DNA from: a virus
Lineage: Duplodnaviria > Caudoviricetes
Reading direction: 5' to 3' (one strand)
IMG/VR virus record: IMGVR_UViG_2513237354_000022
Span: 18,379 to 82,378 of that record
Length of the DNA stretch: 64,000 bases
The notes below the pieces were generated by a model, which saw only the letters and a list, made by a program, of their open reading frames with translations, searched no databases and was not told the origin of the DNA. The translations under genes were made by a program, and so were the position numbers. Each line of letters begins with the position of its first letter. The stretch's first letter is position 1. Positions 55,379-64,000 of this stretch are shown here, piece after piece.

Positions 55379-56046
55379 TGGGTACTCCAGTGCTGATCCT
55401 CGGTGACTCTGGCGCGGGCAAATCCTACAGCCTGCGCAACTTCAATCCGGACGATGTGATGCTGCTCCAGTGCATCCCCAAAATGCTGCCATTCAAGTCT
55501 GCGGGCTGGAAACTTCACGGCAAGCTGCTGCCAGACGGAAGCAAACAGCGCGGTAACGTTCTGCGCTCGGATAACTGGGAAACGGTGCTGGACACCATCT
55601 ATCGCATGGTGCAGTCGAAAACGCGCCGCGTCCTGATCATCGACGATTTCCAGGTGGTCATGCAGCACGAAAACATGAACCGCGCGTACCAGACCGGCTA
55701 TGCCAAGTTCACCGAAATGGCAGATCACATCTGGAGAATCATCATGGCGGCCACCGAGCTGCCGGACGACTTCCGCGTTTATTTCCTGGCTCACACCGAA
55801 GAGACCGAAGGGAAAATCCGCATGAAGACCACCGGGAAGATGCTCAACGAAAAGCTGACGCCAGAGGGCTATTTCTCCATCGTGCTGCGCGCCATCAAGA
55901 AGGACGGCAAACACGTTTTTCTCATCAAAGGCGATGACAACGACACCGCCAAAGCGCCGCCTGACCTGTTCCCTGATCAGACGGAAATGGATAACGACCT
56001 CCACGCTGTAGACGTGGCTATCACCGAATTTATGACCGAATTGTAA
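55375..56046 (+). CDS. AAA ATPase, Sak4-like recombinase
   Basis: GDSGAGKS Walker A, LIIDD Walker B, FLAH. Confidence 0.75.
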   Translation: MMGTPVLILGDSGAGKSYSLRNFNPDDVMLLQCIPKMLPFKSAGWKLHGKLLPDGSKQRGNVLRSDNWETVLDTIYRMVQSKTRRVLIIDDFQVVMQHENMNRAYQTGYAKFTEMADHIWRIIMAATELPDDFRVYFLAHTEETEGKIRMKTTGKMLNEKLTPEGYFSIVLRAIKKDGKHVFLIKGDDNDTAKAPPDLFPDQTEMDNDLHAVDVAITEFMTEL

Positions 56047-56062
56047 CTTTGAGGATTTAACG

Positions 56063-56794
56063 ATGAACCAACCAATGTCTTTTATGTGGAACAACGAAAC
56101 GGCTGAGATGGCGAAGAAAGCTGGCGCAACTGGCGGGATCAGCGAAACCGGCGCTTACGAGGGCGAAATCGTTTCTGCGGTGTACACCTTCGGGAAAGAT
56201 GGCAGCCAGTCCCAGGCGCTCGAACTTAGCCTGGATTCGAACGGGCTTAAGGCGAATTTCCTGCGCATTAACTTCCTCGGCAAAGACGGTCAGCAGACTT
56301 TCGGCATGGGGCTGGTATCAGCGCTGATGTGGGTCGCCCAGGTCAAACAGGCGCAACCACAGCAGGTACAGGGTCAAAACGGCCTTGAATGGCACTGCCC
56401 GGCGCTGGTTGGCAAAAAGGTGGGCCTGTTCCTCCAGAAGGTGCTGTACACCAAAAACGACGGCGGCGACGGCTACAAGTTCGAAGTGCGCCACGTTTTC
56501 CAGCCGGGAACGCGTAAGACCTACGCCGAGCACGCTGAGAACGCACCAGCGGAAGCGATCGCCGCGCTTGAACTGTCGATGAAGGATAAGGACGAACGTA
56601 TCCACGGCGGCGCGCAGTTCTCTGGTCCGCGCAATGCCCAACATGGCGGTAACCCTTATGCAAATCAGACTGGCGGCGCACCACAGTCTCGCTTGCAGCA
56701 GAACAGCGGTCAGCCACCGGTAGACTTTGACGACGATATCCCGTTTGCTCCGATCGGTCTTCCGTTCCCTTCTCACTCTATCTATGCGCTATGA
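56063..56794 (+). CDS. Single-stranded DNA-binding-like protein
   Basis: G/Q-rich linker and DFDDDIPF acidic motif; follows the Sak4-like gene. Confidence 0.7.
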   Translation: MNQPMSFMWNNETAEMAKKAGATGGISETGAYEGEIVSAVYTFGKDGSQSQALELSLDSNGLKANFLRINFLGKDGQQTFGMGLVSALMWVAQVKQAQPQQVQGQNGLEWHCPALVGKKVGLFLQKVLYTKNDGGDGYKFEVRHVFQPGTRKTYAEHAENAPAEAIAALELSMKDKDERIHGGAQFSGPRNAQHGGNPYANQTGGAPQSRLQQNSGQPPVDFDDDIPFAPIGLPFPSHSIYAL

Positions 56795-56876
56795 CACACG
56801 CACAGGACGAAATCAGGGTTGGCGCGGCGCGCCTTCCCTGGCTGAAGAACTTAACGAAAAGCAGGTGGCAGCATGA
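56791..56876 (+). pseudogene. Internally deleted small gene (DUF1317-like)
   Basis: MTHAQDEIRVG joins LAEELNEKQVAA* out of frame. Confidence 0.4.
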
Positions 56877-57778
56877 ATTACGGATTTGTAAGTGTTTGCG
56901 TTGAGCAAAGCAATGAAGCGGTTAAGCTGCCATCCGCACACAATCCAGCATCACGAATTTGGCAGCGCCCATTCCTTAAATGGGCTGGCGGCAAATATTC
57001 GCTGCTGCCGGAACTGGATCGTCTGATCCCCGCAGGGAAACGCCTTATTGAGCCTTTTGTGGGCGGCGGCTCGGTGTTCCTTAATTCAGACAAGCACGAA
57101 CGCTTCCTTCTAGCTGACGTCAACGCTGACCTGATTAACCTGTATCAGATGTTGGCGGTGGTCCCAGATTCGGTGATCTATGAGGCAATGAAGGCATTCA
57201 GGCATCTGAATGATGCCGAAAACTACACGGTAATTCGTGAAGCATTCAACGCGCAGCGGCTGGATGCGGTCGAGCGCGCAGCGGCATTCCTTTACCTCAA
57301 CCGGCACTGCTTCAACGGCCTGATCCGTTACAACCTGGACGGTTTTTTTAACGTCGGCTTTGGGAAATATAAAGCGCCATATTTCCCGGAAGAAGAGATT
57401 AAGGCATTTAAGCGGAAGGCTCACGCATGCGTATTCATGAATGCAGGCTTCAGGCGCACGCTCGCGCTGGCCGGTGATAGTGACGTCGTTTACTGCGATC
57501 CGCCTTATGAACCGCTTCCCGGCACCGCTGGTTTCACTAACTACGCGGCTGGTGGGTTCTCATGGGATAGCCAGATAGAGCTTGCGGAAAGCTGTGTGGC
57601 AGCCCACCAGCGGGGGGCAAAAGTGGTAATCAGCAATTCTACCGCACCGCGAGTAATTGAACTTTACGAACAGCACGGCTTCACTCTGCACCGCGTCAGT
57701 GCTCGCCGGGCTATATCCAGCAAAGGCAGCACCCGCGAAACAGCGAGTGATGTCGTAGCCACTTTGGGAGTGAAGTGA
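56873..57778 (+). CDS. dam: Dam-family DNA adenine methyltransferase (phage-encoded)
   Basis: FLKWAGGK, EPFVGGGSV, YLNRHCFNGL, YCDPPY. Confidence 0.9.
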   Translation: MNYGFVSVCVEQSNEAVKLPSAHNPASRIWQRPFLKWAGGKYSLLPELDRLIPAGKRLIEPFVGGGSVFLNSDKHERFLLADVNADLINLYQMLAVVPDSVIYEAMKAFRHLNDAENYTVIREAFNAQRLDAVERAAAFLYLNRHCFNGLIRYNLDGFFNVGFGKYKAPYFPEEEIKAFKRKAHACVFMNAGFRRTLALAGDSDVVYCDPPYEPLPGTAGFTNYAAGGFSWDSQIELAESCVAAHQRGAKVVISNSTAPRVIELYEQHGFTLHRVSARRAISSKGSTRETASDVVATLGVK

Positions 57779-58020
57779 TGATGAAGCTGATTAATCGCAG
57801 TAAGAAATCACCTATTGGTCGCCGCGCTTGCGAAGCGGCGCTGGCAGCGCACCACGCGAAATTCGGCGATTACGGCAGGCAGAAGCACCAGACGAATTAC
57901 ACCGTCGAAGTGGATGGAATGAAGGTCACTGTCGAGGTGGTTAACCGGGCCACCAGCTATGTCGCAACCGCAATGATCGGCGTTCGTAAACTTCGCAACC
58001 TGCCAGCGCAGGCGCACTAA
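57775..58020 (+). CDS. DUF4060-like small protein
   Basis: 81 aa; ATGA overlap with dam. Confidence 0.6.
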   Translation: MMMKLINRSKKSPIGRRACEAALAAHHAKFGDYGRQKHQTNYTVEVDGMKVTVEVVNRATSYVATAMIGVRKLRNLPAQAH

Positions 58021-58082
58021 AAAATCAGGCAAATTGATCAGGAAAAAATGACAGGTTCGATTCCCTGTTCGGAGATAAAACC

Positions 58083-58283
58083 ATGGCACACAATATGACC
58101 CCAGATTCACTCGTTGATTTGAAATTCATCATGGCAGATACTGGCTTCGGGAAAACCTTCATTTATGACCGAGTGAAGGATGGCACCCTGGCTAAACCGG
58201 AGAAGATTCATGGACGTTCGCGCTGGCGCTATAGCGACCACTGCGAATTCAAGAATCGCCTCCTGTCCCGCTCCGATGGGTAA
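58083..58283 (+). CDS. torI: Recombination directionality factor / TorR inhibitor TorI (AlpA-like)
   Basis: 66 aa; PDSLVDLKFIMADTGFGKTFIYDR…IHGR.RW.Y.DHCEFKN matches recalled E. coli KplE1 TorI. Confidence 0.9.
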   Translation: MAHNMTPDSLVDLKFIMADTGFGKTFIYDRVKDGTLAKPEKIHGRSRWRYSDHCEFKNRLLSRSDG

Positions 58284-58365
58284 AAACGCGGGTAAAAAAT
58301 TTAACGAATCTGGAAAAGCCATTTTATATCAATCCCCTGCATATTAACTTCGAAGTATGCAGGGG
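58276..58365. other. attR region of prophage 2
   Basis: Two GGGTAAAA arm-like sites; inverted repeat CCCCTGCATA/TATGCAGGGG; TGCAGGGG shared with the argW 3' end. Confidence 0.6.
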
Positions 58366-58555
58366 GCAATACCCTTTCATTTCATCACGCTTCAACACAC
58401 TTCACCTCCTCCCTTAAAACCAGCAAAATCAGGGCTTGACGCCTTGAACATGGTTTCAGTTCATTTCATGACATTACATGATTCTGATGGTATCGTTGAT
58501 GGTACTCACGGTTCGATAAGCAGATACCATCAACTGACAACAAAGATTACCCTCC

Positions 58556-59845
58556 ATGGCACTAAATGAGCTATCACCTAAGAAAGTTGAAAACTCTAAA
58601 CCCAAAGAAACAGACTACAAACTGACGGATGGGGGCAGCCTGTATCTTTTAGTTAAAAAGAACGGGACCAAGGCATGGCGAATGAACTACAGATTTAACG
58701 GCAAACAAGCTACGCTGGCTTTGGGCGTTTTCCCAGACGTTTCGCTGGCACTTGCCCGTAAGCGCAGAGATGAAGCAAGGCAACTTTTAGCCGACGGTGT
58801 TGACCCCAGAGTATCTAAAAAAGCAGCGCCAACAGAACCCACCTCGGCTACATTCCAGACAATCGCTTTAGAGTGGCATAAAGGCTCTATAGGCCATCCC
58901 TCATGGAAAGAGATTACCCGCATTAAAATTTTAAGAGAAATGGAAAATCATATTTTCCCATTTATCGGAAATAAACCCATCGATTCATTAAAAACAAGTG
59001 ATCTGTTGCCATTATTGGTGAGGATGAGTGATCAGGGAATTGGAGCGACAACAGGAAGAGTGAAAACTACTCTTGCAAGTGTTTTCCGGTACGCTATTCA
59101 GCGTGGAATTGTTGAATACAACCCTACCCATGATCTAAGAGGAGCAATTGCCAGCCCCAAAATAAAGCATCGCCCTGCACTTCCGTTAGAACGATTACCC
59201 GAATTAATATCAAAAATTGATAGCTATACAGGGAGACCGTTAACTAAGTTGGCAGTATTATTTTCCCTTCATACTTTTGTTCGCTCCAGTGAATTGAGAC
59301 ACGCAAGATGGGAGGAAATTAATTTTAAAACTGCAATGTGGACTATTCCTGCTCAAAGAAAAAGAATTGAGGGAGTAAAATATTCAGAACGCGGGGCAAA
59401 AATGGGTAGTATTCATTATGTTCCATTATCTAATGAAGCTATTGATGTTCTCGAAGCCATTAAAAAAATAAGTGGTGAGTATGAGCTTATTTTCCCCGGA
59501 GATAGTAACCCTTACAAGCCGATGAGTGAGAACACAGTTAATAAGTCATTGAGGATTATGGGGTACGACACGCAGGCGGACATTTGCCTTCACGGATTTA
59601 GAGCAATGGCGTGCTCAGCCCTGACAGAATCAGGGTTATGGTCTAGGGATGCAGTGGAACGGCAAATGAGCCATCAAGAACGAAATGAAGTGCGAGCGGC
59701 TTATGTTCACCTGGCACAACACATGCAAGAACGCCGGAGAATGATGCAATGGTGGTCACATTATATAATCAGCAATTGTGAAAGTTATATTGCACCCTAT
59801 GAAATTAGTGAAAAACCATTGGAAATGCTTAAGGTGGTCAAATAA
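58556..59845 (+). CDS. P4-type tyrosine integrase
   Basis: DGGSLYL, LGVFPDVSL, RSSELR, HGFRAMA, SHQERNEVRAAY. Confidence 0.93.
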   Translation: MALNELSPKKVENSKPKETDYKLTDGGSLYLLVKKNGTKAWRMNYRFNGKQATLALGVFPDVSLALARKRRDEARQLLADGVDPRVSKKAAPTEPTSATFQTIALEWHKGSIGHPSWKEITRIKILREMENHIFPFIGNKPIDSLKTSDLLPLLVRMSDQGIGATTGRVKTTLASVFRYAIQRGIVEYNPTHDLRGAIASPKIKHRPALPLERLPELISKIDSYTGRPLTKLAVLFSLHTFVRSSELRHARWEEINFKTAMWTIPAQRKRIEGVKYSERGAKMGSIHYVPLSNEAIDVLEAIKKISGEYELIFPGDSNPYKPMSENTVNKSLRIMGYDTQADICLHGFRAMACSALTESGLWSRDAVERQMSHQERNEVRAAYVHLAQHMQERRRMMQWWSHYIISNCESYIAPYEISEKPLEMLKVVK

Positions 59846-60641
59846 TGAGTAAGCATAACGAAAAAATATTTGGAAACGTAATGGGTTAGCTCCATTAGAA
59901 TATTGCTCTATACCAAGAGCGGCAAAAATACTTGATTGTGAGATTGAGGATATATTCCATTGGTGTTACACAGGTAAAATAAGTCTGTGTATCAATTTTC
60001 AAATGCTTTATTATTTCTACACTCCTTTTTTAAAATCAGATGGAAATGTATTCGAACAAGTGCAATCATTAAACAGTGAATTAACCACCTCAGGAGATAA
60101 TAAATCCTATATTTATTCCGACGAATTTAAATCAGGCAAGTTTCACATTCCAGACAGTTTTCATTTTGTTGAAACTGATGAATACCATTTAGTACAAGCA
60201 TATTTAAGAGGGATTTGGCCTGTAGATAGCAATATTCTATCTGCAATAAACACAGGATTCATTGCTCCTATTGAACTTTGCCTATTTAGCGAGGAGCACC
60301 CTGAATTTAAACCAGATGGAGATAGGTTTCAGCTTATATCTCCAATTTTGATAAACAATCAATTTCCAGGAAAGTTAAAAAACGAGGCTGAATTTGATAT
60401 AAAATATTTACAATATCTTTCTGATAACGCACCTGACATAAATGATAAAAACTATCAACTGCAAATCACTGGTTACTATATCGAATATATAAATAAACAT
60501 GCTTTATCCGGTACGCACATGCCAGTAATAAGCAAGGATAAAGATGCAAGAACATTAACCTCATATCAAACAACTGAAACACCGAAAGTCAGGACTACCG
60601 CAAAACAATCAACCTACATAGCATCCCTGATGAATGCTCTA

Positions 60642-61793
60642 AATAACTGATCCTAATACCGCTACACTTTAGCCAGCCCATGTTTTCCCCCGGGGAATGG
60701 GCTGACGGTATTCATAAAGTGATGGACCTTTTTCAACAGTTGCCACATTGAACTGCACTGGTGATTTCGGGTTATTGTCTCATGAAGCGCCTGCCACAAC
60801 CGTTCGACATGATTGACCCACGGCGAGTAAATCGGCTGGTAAATGACCCTGAACTTTGGGTTTGCTTTCAGCCAGCGCAACGTTTCACGGCTTTTGTGGA
60901 TGATGTAGTTATCTACAATGAGCGTAATCGTTTTTGCACGCCGGTATGTCGCCTTCAGATGTTTTAACAGTCTGATAAATAAGGATGAACCTTTACTGTT
61001 TCCACCAACGTAGCTGACTTTTCCCGTACCGCTGTGCAGCGCACCGGCAAGATAGTACTTTTCATTCTGGCCCGGAGTGACAACTCGTTTTTGCTGCCCG
61101 CGTAACTGCCAGTCAGCACCGATTTTCGGGTTGAGATGAATATCCACTTCATCTTCGTAAAACACGGGGTTTTCCGCACTACATTTCGCCAGTGCTTCAT
61201 GGATAGCGACCATTTTTTCTTCTTTGTGTGGGTCACGGATACGCAGTGTCGGCGCGGCTCTCCGCCATACCAGGCCGGCAGCAGGTAACCATCGCCGGAT
61301 GGTTGAAGCATGTAGCGGACAACCGGTGATATCACGGATTTTTATCGCCAGAAGTTCGGTGCTCCAGCGGGAACGCTGATAACCAAAATCGCCGGGAGAA
61401 TGCTTAACAAGCTCACGCAGCAATGCGCAAATATGTTCGAACGGCCAGCGCCTCCCGCGTCCTGACGGTAATGACTTCAGGCCTTCAGCACCAGACAGAG
61501 TGAACCAGTTAATCCAGCGACCAATCGATGAGCGGGCACAGCAGAGTGTTCTGGCAACATGACTGACGGTGTCACCACGATGCAGCATCAGCATGGCGGT
61601 GAGCCGCCGGGCGTGGTTTTTGTCCTTTGTTTTATGGATAGTTTTCTGCATCAGGCGTCGTTCGGTTCTGGGTATTGGTGCTATGATCGACATTGCTCAG
61701 TCCGGCTGGTGATTTGGGATATTCAGCGATTGATCAGATCGCATAAACCGGACTGAGTTCCCTCTAAGGGATCTACTATTCCGAGCAGTTATT
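60642..61793 (-). mobile_element. IS630 insertion sequence, copy 2
   Basis: TA duplication at 60640-60641 and 61794-61795 in CTAG; same IRs as copy 1. Confidence 0.95.
60662..61693 (-). CDS. IS630 transposase (intact)
   Basis: 343 aa; YEDEVD, IVDNY, NHVERLW. Confidence 0.95.
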   Translation of the reverse strand: MSIIAPIPRTERRLMQKTIHKTKDKNHARRLTAMLMLHRGDTVSHVARTLCCARSSIGRWINWFTLSGAEGLKSLPSGRGRRWPFEHICALLRELVKHSPGDFGYQRSRWSTELLAIKIRDITGCPLHASTIRRWLPAAGLVWRRAAPTLRIRDPHKEEKMVAIHEALAKCSAENPVFYEDEVDIHLNPKIGADWQLRGQQKRVVTPGQNEKYYLAGALHSGTGKVSYVGGNSKGSSLFIRLLKHLKATYRRAKTITLIVDNYIIHKSRETLRWLKANPKFRVIYQPIYSPWVNHVERLWQALHETITRNHQCSSMWQLLKKVHHFMNTVSPFPGGKHGLAKV

Positions 61794-61824
61794 TAGTACT
61801 AAGACTATCCTATCTGTTTGCAAA

Positions 61825-61997
61825 GGCTTTGTTGAATAAATGGATTTTATGCTGTGGTACTATGAAAACGGTTGTTTCAGATAACATAAAATCAATGCAT
61901 TACATGCTTGCGTATGACGGTGTTCTGTCTGGCATCAGCGTTTTCTACCAAAACAGTGCAGACAAAACAGAATGATTACCTATTATTCAACAAAGCC
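61825..61997 (+). mobile_element. 173-bp MITE with IS903-type ends, copy 2
   Basis: GGCTTTGTTGAATAAAT…TTATTCAACAAAGCC; no target duplication. Confidence 0.88.
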
Positions 61998-63106
61998 TCC
62001 TGGTGGCTCATTTGTCTTTCCACAGCATCTCTCGACCATAATCCCGATTCGATTAAGGCACTACATGCCATAGTCCTGAAACCATGCCCGCAGACTTCTA
62101 CTTTCATATCGTAGGCCATTGTCCTGAGTGCTTTGTTGACCGTGTTTTCACTTATAGGTTTGTCGTCCCCAATAAAACTGATGAACATAAGTTCTTTGTC
62201 ACCACTGATCGAGTGAAGCTCTTCCAGGAGTGCTTTAGCTTGTGTACTTAGTGGAACCAGATGTGGGGTTTTCATCTTTGCCCCTCTTGCAGAATATTTT
62301 ACCCCTTTCAAAGGTTGTCGCTCTCCAGGGATAGTCCACAATGAATTTTTGAGATCGACTTCTGACCAGCGAGCAAATCGCAGTTCACTCGAACGGACAA
62401 AGGTCAGGAGTGTTAACTGCACTGCAATTTGGGTAATGCCTCTTCCTTTATATGCTTCCAAACGATTCATAAGCTCTGGCAATCGTTCCAGAGAACGGGC
62501 AGGGCGATGAACACTTTTAGTGGAAACAACAGCACCAGCGAGGTCGTTTGCAGGATTCTGTTCAATTAAAGCATTGTGAACGGCATACCTCATTACCGCC
62601 GTAATGCGCTGTTGTAAGCGGGAAGCCAGTTCATTGTGTCCTGAAGCTTCTGCTTTTTTCAAAGGAACCAATAAATCACGAGTTTTTAGCTCGCTGATAT
62701 TACGTTTTCCGATGACAGGGAACACATGGGAAACAAGGCTGTTCAAAACAGTTGTTCTATGACTGTCTGACCAGGTTCTGTTACTGGTATGCCATTGTCG
62801 TGCAACTTGCTCAAATGTTAGCAAGCCCTTGCTCTCAATCTTTTGCGCTTTTCGCTTCTCACTTGGGTCTACATGGTTTGCGACAAGCTGACGGGCTTCG
62901 TCTCTTCGTCGTCTGGCTTCAGACAATGAAACCTCAGGATAGACTCCCAGCGCGAGAATTTTCTGTTTACCAGCGAAGCGATACTGAAAACGCCAGTACT
63001 TGGAACCACTTGTGGTAATCAACAGGTGCATACCATTACCGTCGGTCATCTTGACAGGTTTATCAGAAGGCTTTGTATTTCTTACTTTTAACTCTGTGAG
63101 CGCCAT
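61998..63106 (-). pseudogene. P4-type integrase truncated at the C-terminus by the MITE
   Basis: Ends at RQMSHQE; the RN.VRAAY segment with the catalytic Tyr is replaced by MITE sequence. Confidence 0.88.
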
Positions 63107-63286
63107 ACTAAAAACCCTCAGATGATGGTATCTGCAATATCGAACTTAACATACCAACATATGTACCAACTAAACAGAGTGGATTTTGAAATATGACGGT
63201 GTACGTTAACGGGCTACAAACGGAAGGTAAGTGTTTGAAGTTGAAGAGTTGACTAGACTTTAAAATACTTAGGTGGGCTAACATTT

Positions 63287-64000
63287 GTAAGCGTCACATT
63301 TAAACCGTCTGTGCAGCGGGCTCCGGTTCCGGGAAAATAGTGTCCATCATTTTTTAATGGACACTATCGCGTGAAACACCGGACATGGCTCCTTGAGGCG
63401 CTTCGCCTCCATTTTGATGAAAAGCTGCCGCGTATTGAGGCCGGGCGCAGGCTGGGTATCCCCAAAACCACGGCCTGCGATCTCTTTGTTCGCTTCAGGA
63501 AGGCCGGTCTCTCCTGGCCTTTGCCGCCACGAATCAACGCCAAAATTCTGGATAAGCGCCTTTACCAACAGGCATCCCGAAAATCGTCCGTTCTTCCCGT
63601 CGTCCCTGCTCCCTGTGAAATCCCTGTCGCCCGCAAACGACCACGACGCCCCAACTTCCCCCGCGACTTCAAAATCGCCATGGTGGAGCAGTCGATGCAG
63701 CCCGGCGTCAGCGTGGCACAGCTTGCCCGCGAAAATAACATTAACGATAATCTCCTGTTCAACTGGCGGCGACTTTATCAGCAGGGGCTGCTGGCTGCGC
63801 GGACAGATGCGCCGGTCATGTTGCCCGTGACGCTCGCTGCTGAATCAGGCCCCGGACAGCCTCATCCACCGTCCGTTCAGAGCGACGATGCCCCCTGCTG
63901 TGAGCTGGTTCTGCCCGCCGGCACGCTTCGTATCAGCGGAAAGCTGACGCCAGAGCTGCTTCAGATGCTTATCCGGGAAATGCAGGGGAGTTCGCGGTGA
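63287..64000 (+). mobile_element. IS66-family element, left part (ISCro1-like)
   Basis: Begins GTAAGCGTC; carries tnpA; runs off the window. Confidence 0.85.
63371..64000 (+). CDS. tnpA: IS66 accessory protein TnpA
   Basis: RRPNFPRDFKIAMVEQSMQPGVSVAQLARENNINDNLLFNWR HTH. Confidence 0.85.
   Translation: MKHRTWLLEALRLHFDEKLPRIEAGRRLGIPKTTACDLFVRFRKAGLSWPLPPRINAKILDKRLYQQASRKSSVLPVVPAPCEIPVARKRPRRPNFPRDFKIAMVEQSMQPGVSVAQLARENNINDNLLFNWRRLYQQGLLAARTDAPVMLPVTLAAESGPGQPHPPSVQSDDAPCCELVLPAGTLRISGKLTPELLQMLIREMQGSSR

Larger units (their letters stand above)
17106..58365. mobile_element. Prophage 2: temperate myovirus integrated at argW
   Basis: IntS-like integrase at the left end and TorI-like RDF at the right; complete set of immunity, replication, Q, lysis, head, sheath/tube, baseplate and fibre genes; TGCAGGGG at both ends. 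Confidence 0.9.
59845..61824 (+). pseudogene. AT-rich island gene coupled to the integrase; frameshifted, IS630-interrupted and MITE-truncated
   Basis: TAATG overlap at 59843-59847; adding one A at 59861-59866 fuses LEYCSIPRAAKILDCEIEDIFHW in frame with ORF 60003-60650. Confidence 0.6.

Noticed and set aside
55297-56776. Minus-strand ORFs 55297-56094 and 56318-56776
   Set aside because: Shadows of the Sak4-like and SSB-like genes.
58334-58365. Hairpin as a second tRNA or terminator
   Set aside because: No cloverleaf or U-tract; better explained as an att core.
61908-62114. 68-aa ORF spanning the MITE
   Set aside because: Chimeric frame across the MITE and antisense integrase; not a plausible gene.

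Overview
Enterobacterial chromosome segment centred on tRNA-Arg(CCT) (argW, 17045-17119), an integration hotspot; almost the whole window is accessory DNA. (1) 1-~16900: remnant of a temperate prophage (prophage 1, minus strand). It keeps integrase, lysis, packaging and head genes but has lost its early/replication region at a 173-bp IS903-type MITE, and is further hit by an IS10-like IS4 element and an IS630. (2) ~17106-58365: an apparently near-complete ~41-kb temperate myovirus (prophage 2) with KplE1-type IntS at attL and TorI at attR, a lambdoid CI/Cro/CII-O/DnaB-Q control region, lysis, head and contractile-tail genes. (3) 58400-64000: debris of two convergent P4-type integrase islands with a second IS630, a second MITE copy and the start of an IS66. 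Main discovery candidate: both prophages, despite unrelated head modules, carry the same overlapping three-gene late cassette: a WaaZ/Maf(DUF115)-like glycosyltransferase, a GT9 heptosyltransferase-like enzyme and a SAM methyltransferase (10360-12357 and 41802-43808). It may build a methyl-capped glycan on LPS core or on virion proteins. Also notable: a Tlde1-like (DUF2778) L,D-peptidase with a putative periplasmic immunity partner beside the lysis genes, a membrane-anchored MuF/gp7-like moron, and MITE-associated deletions. Family assignments come from motif recognition by eye, not database searches. Several single-base frameshifts lie in homopolymers and may be assembly errors.
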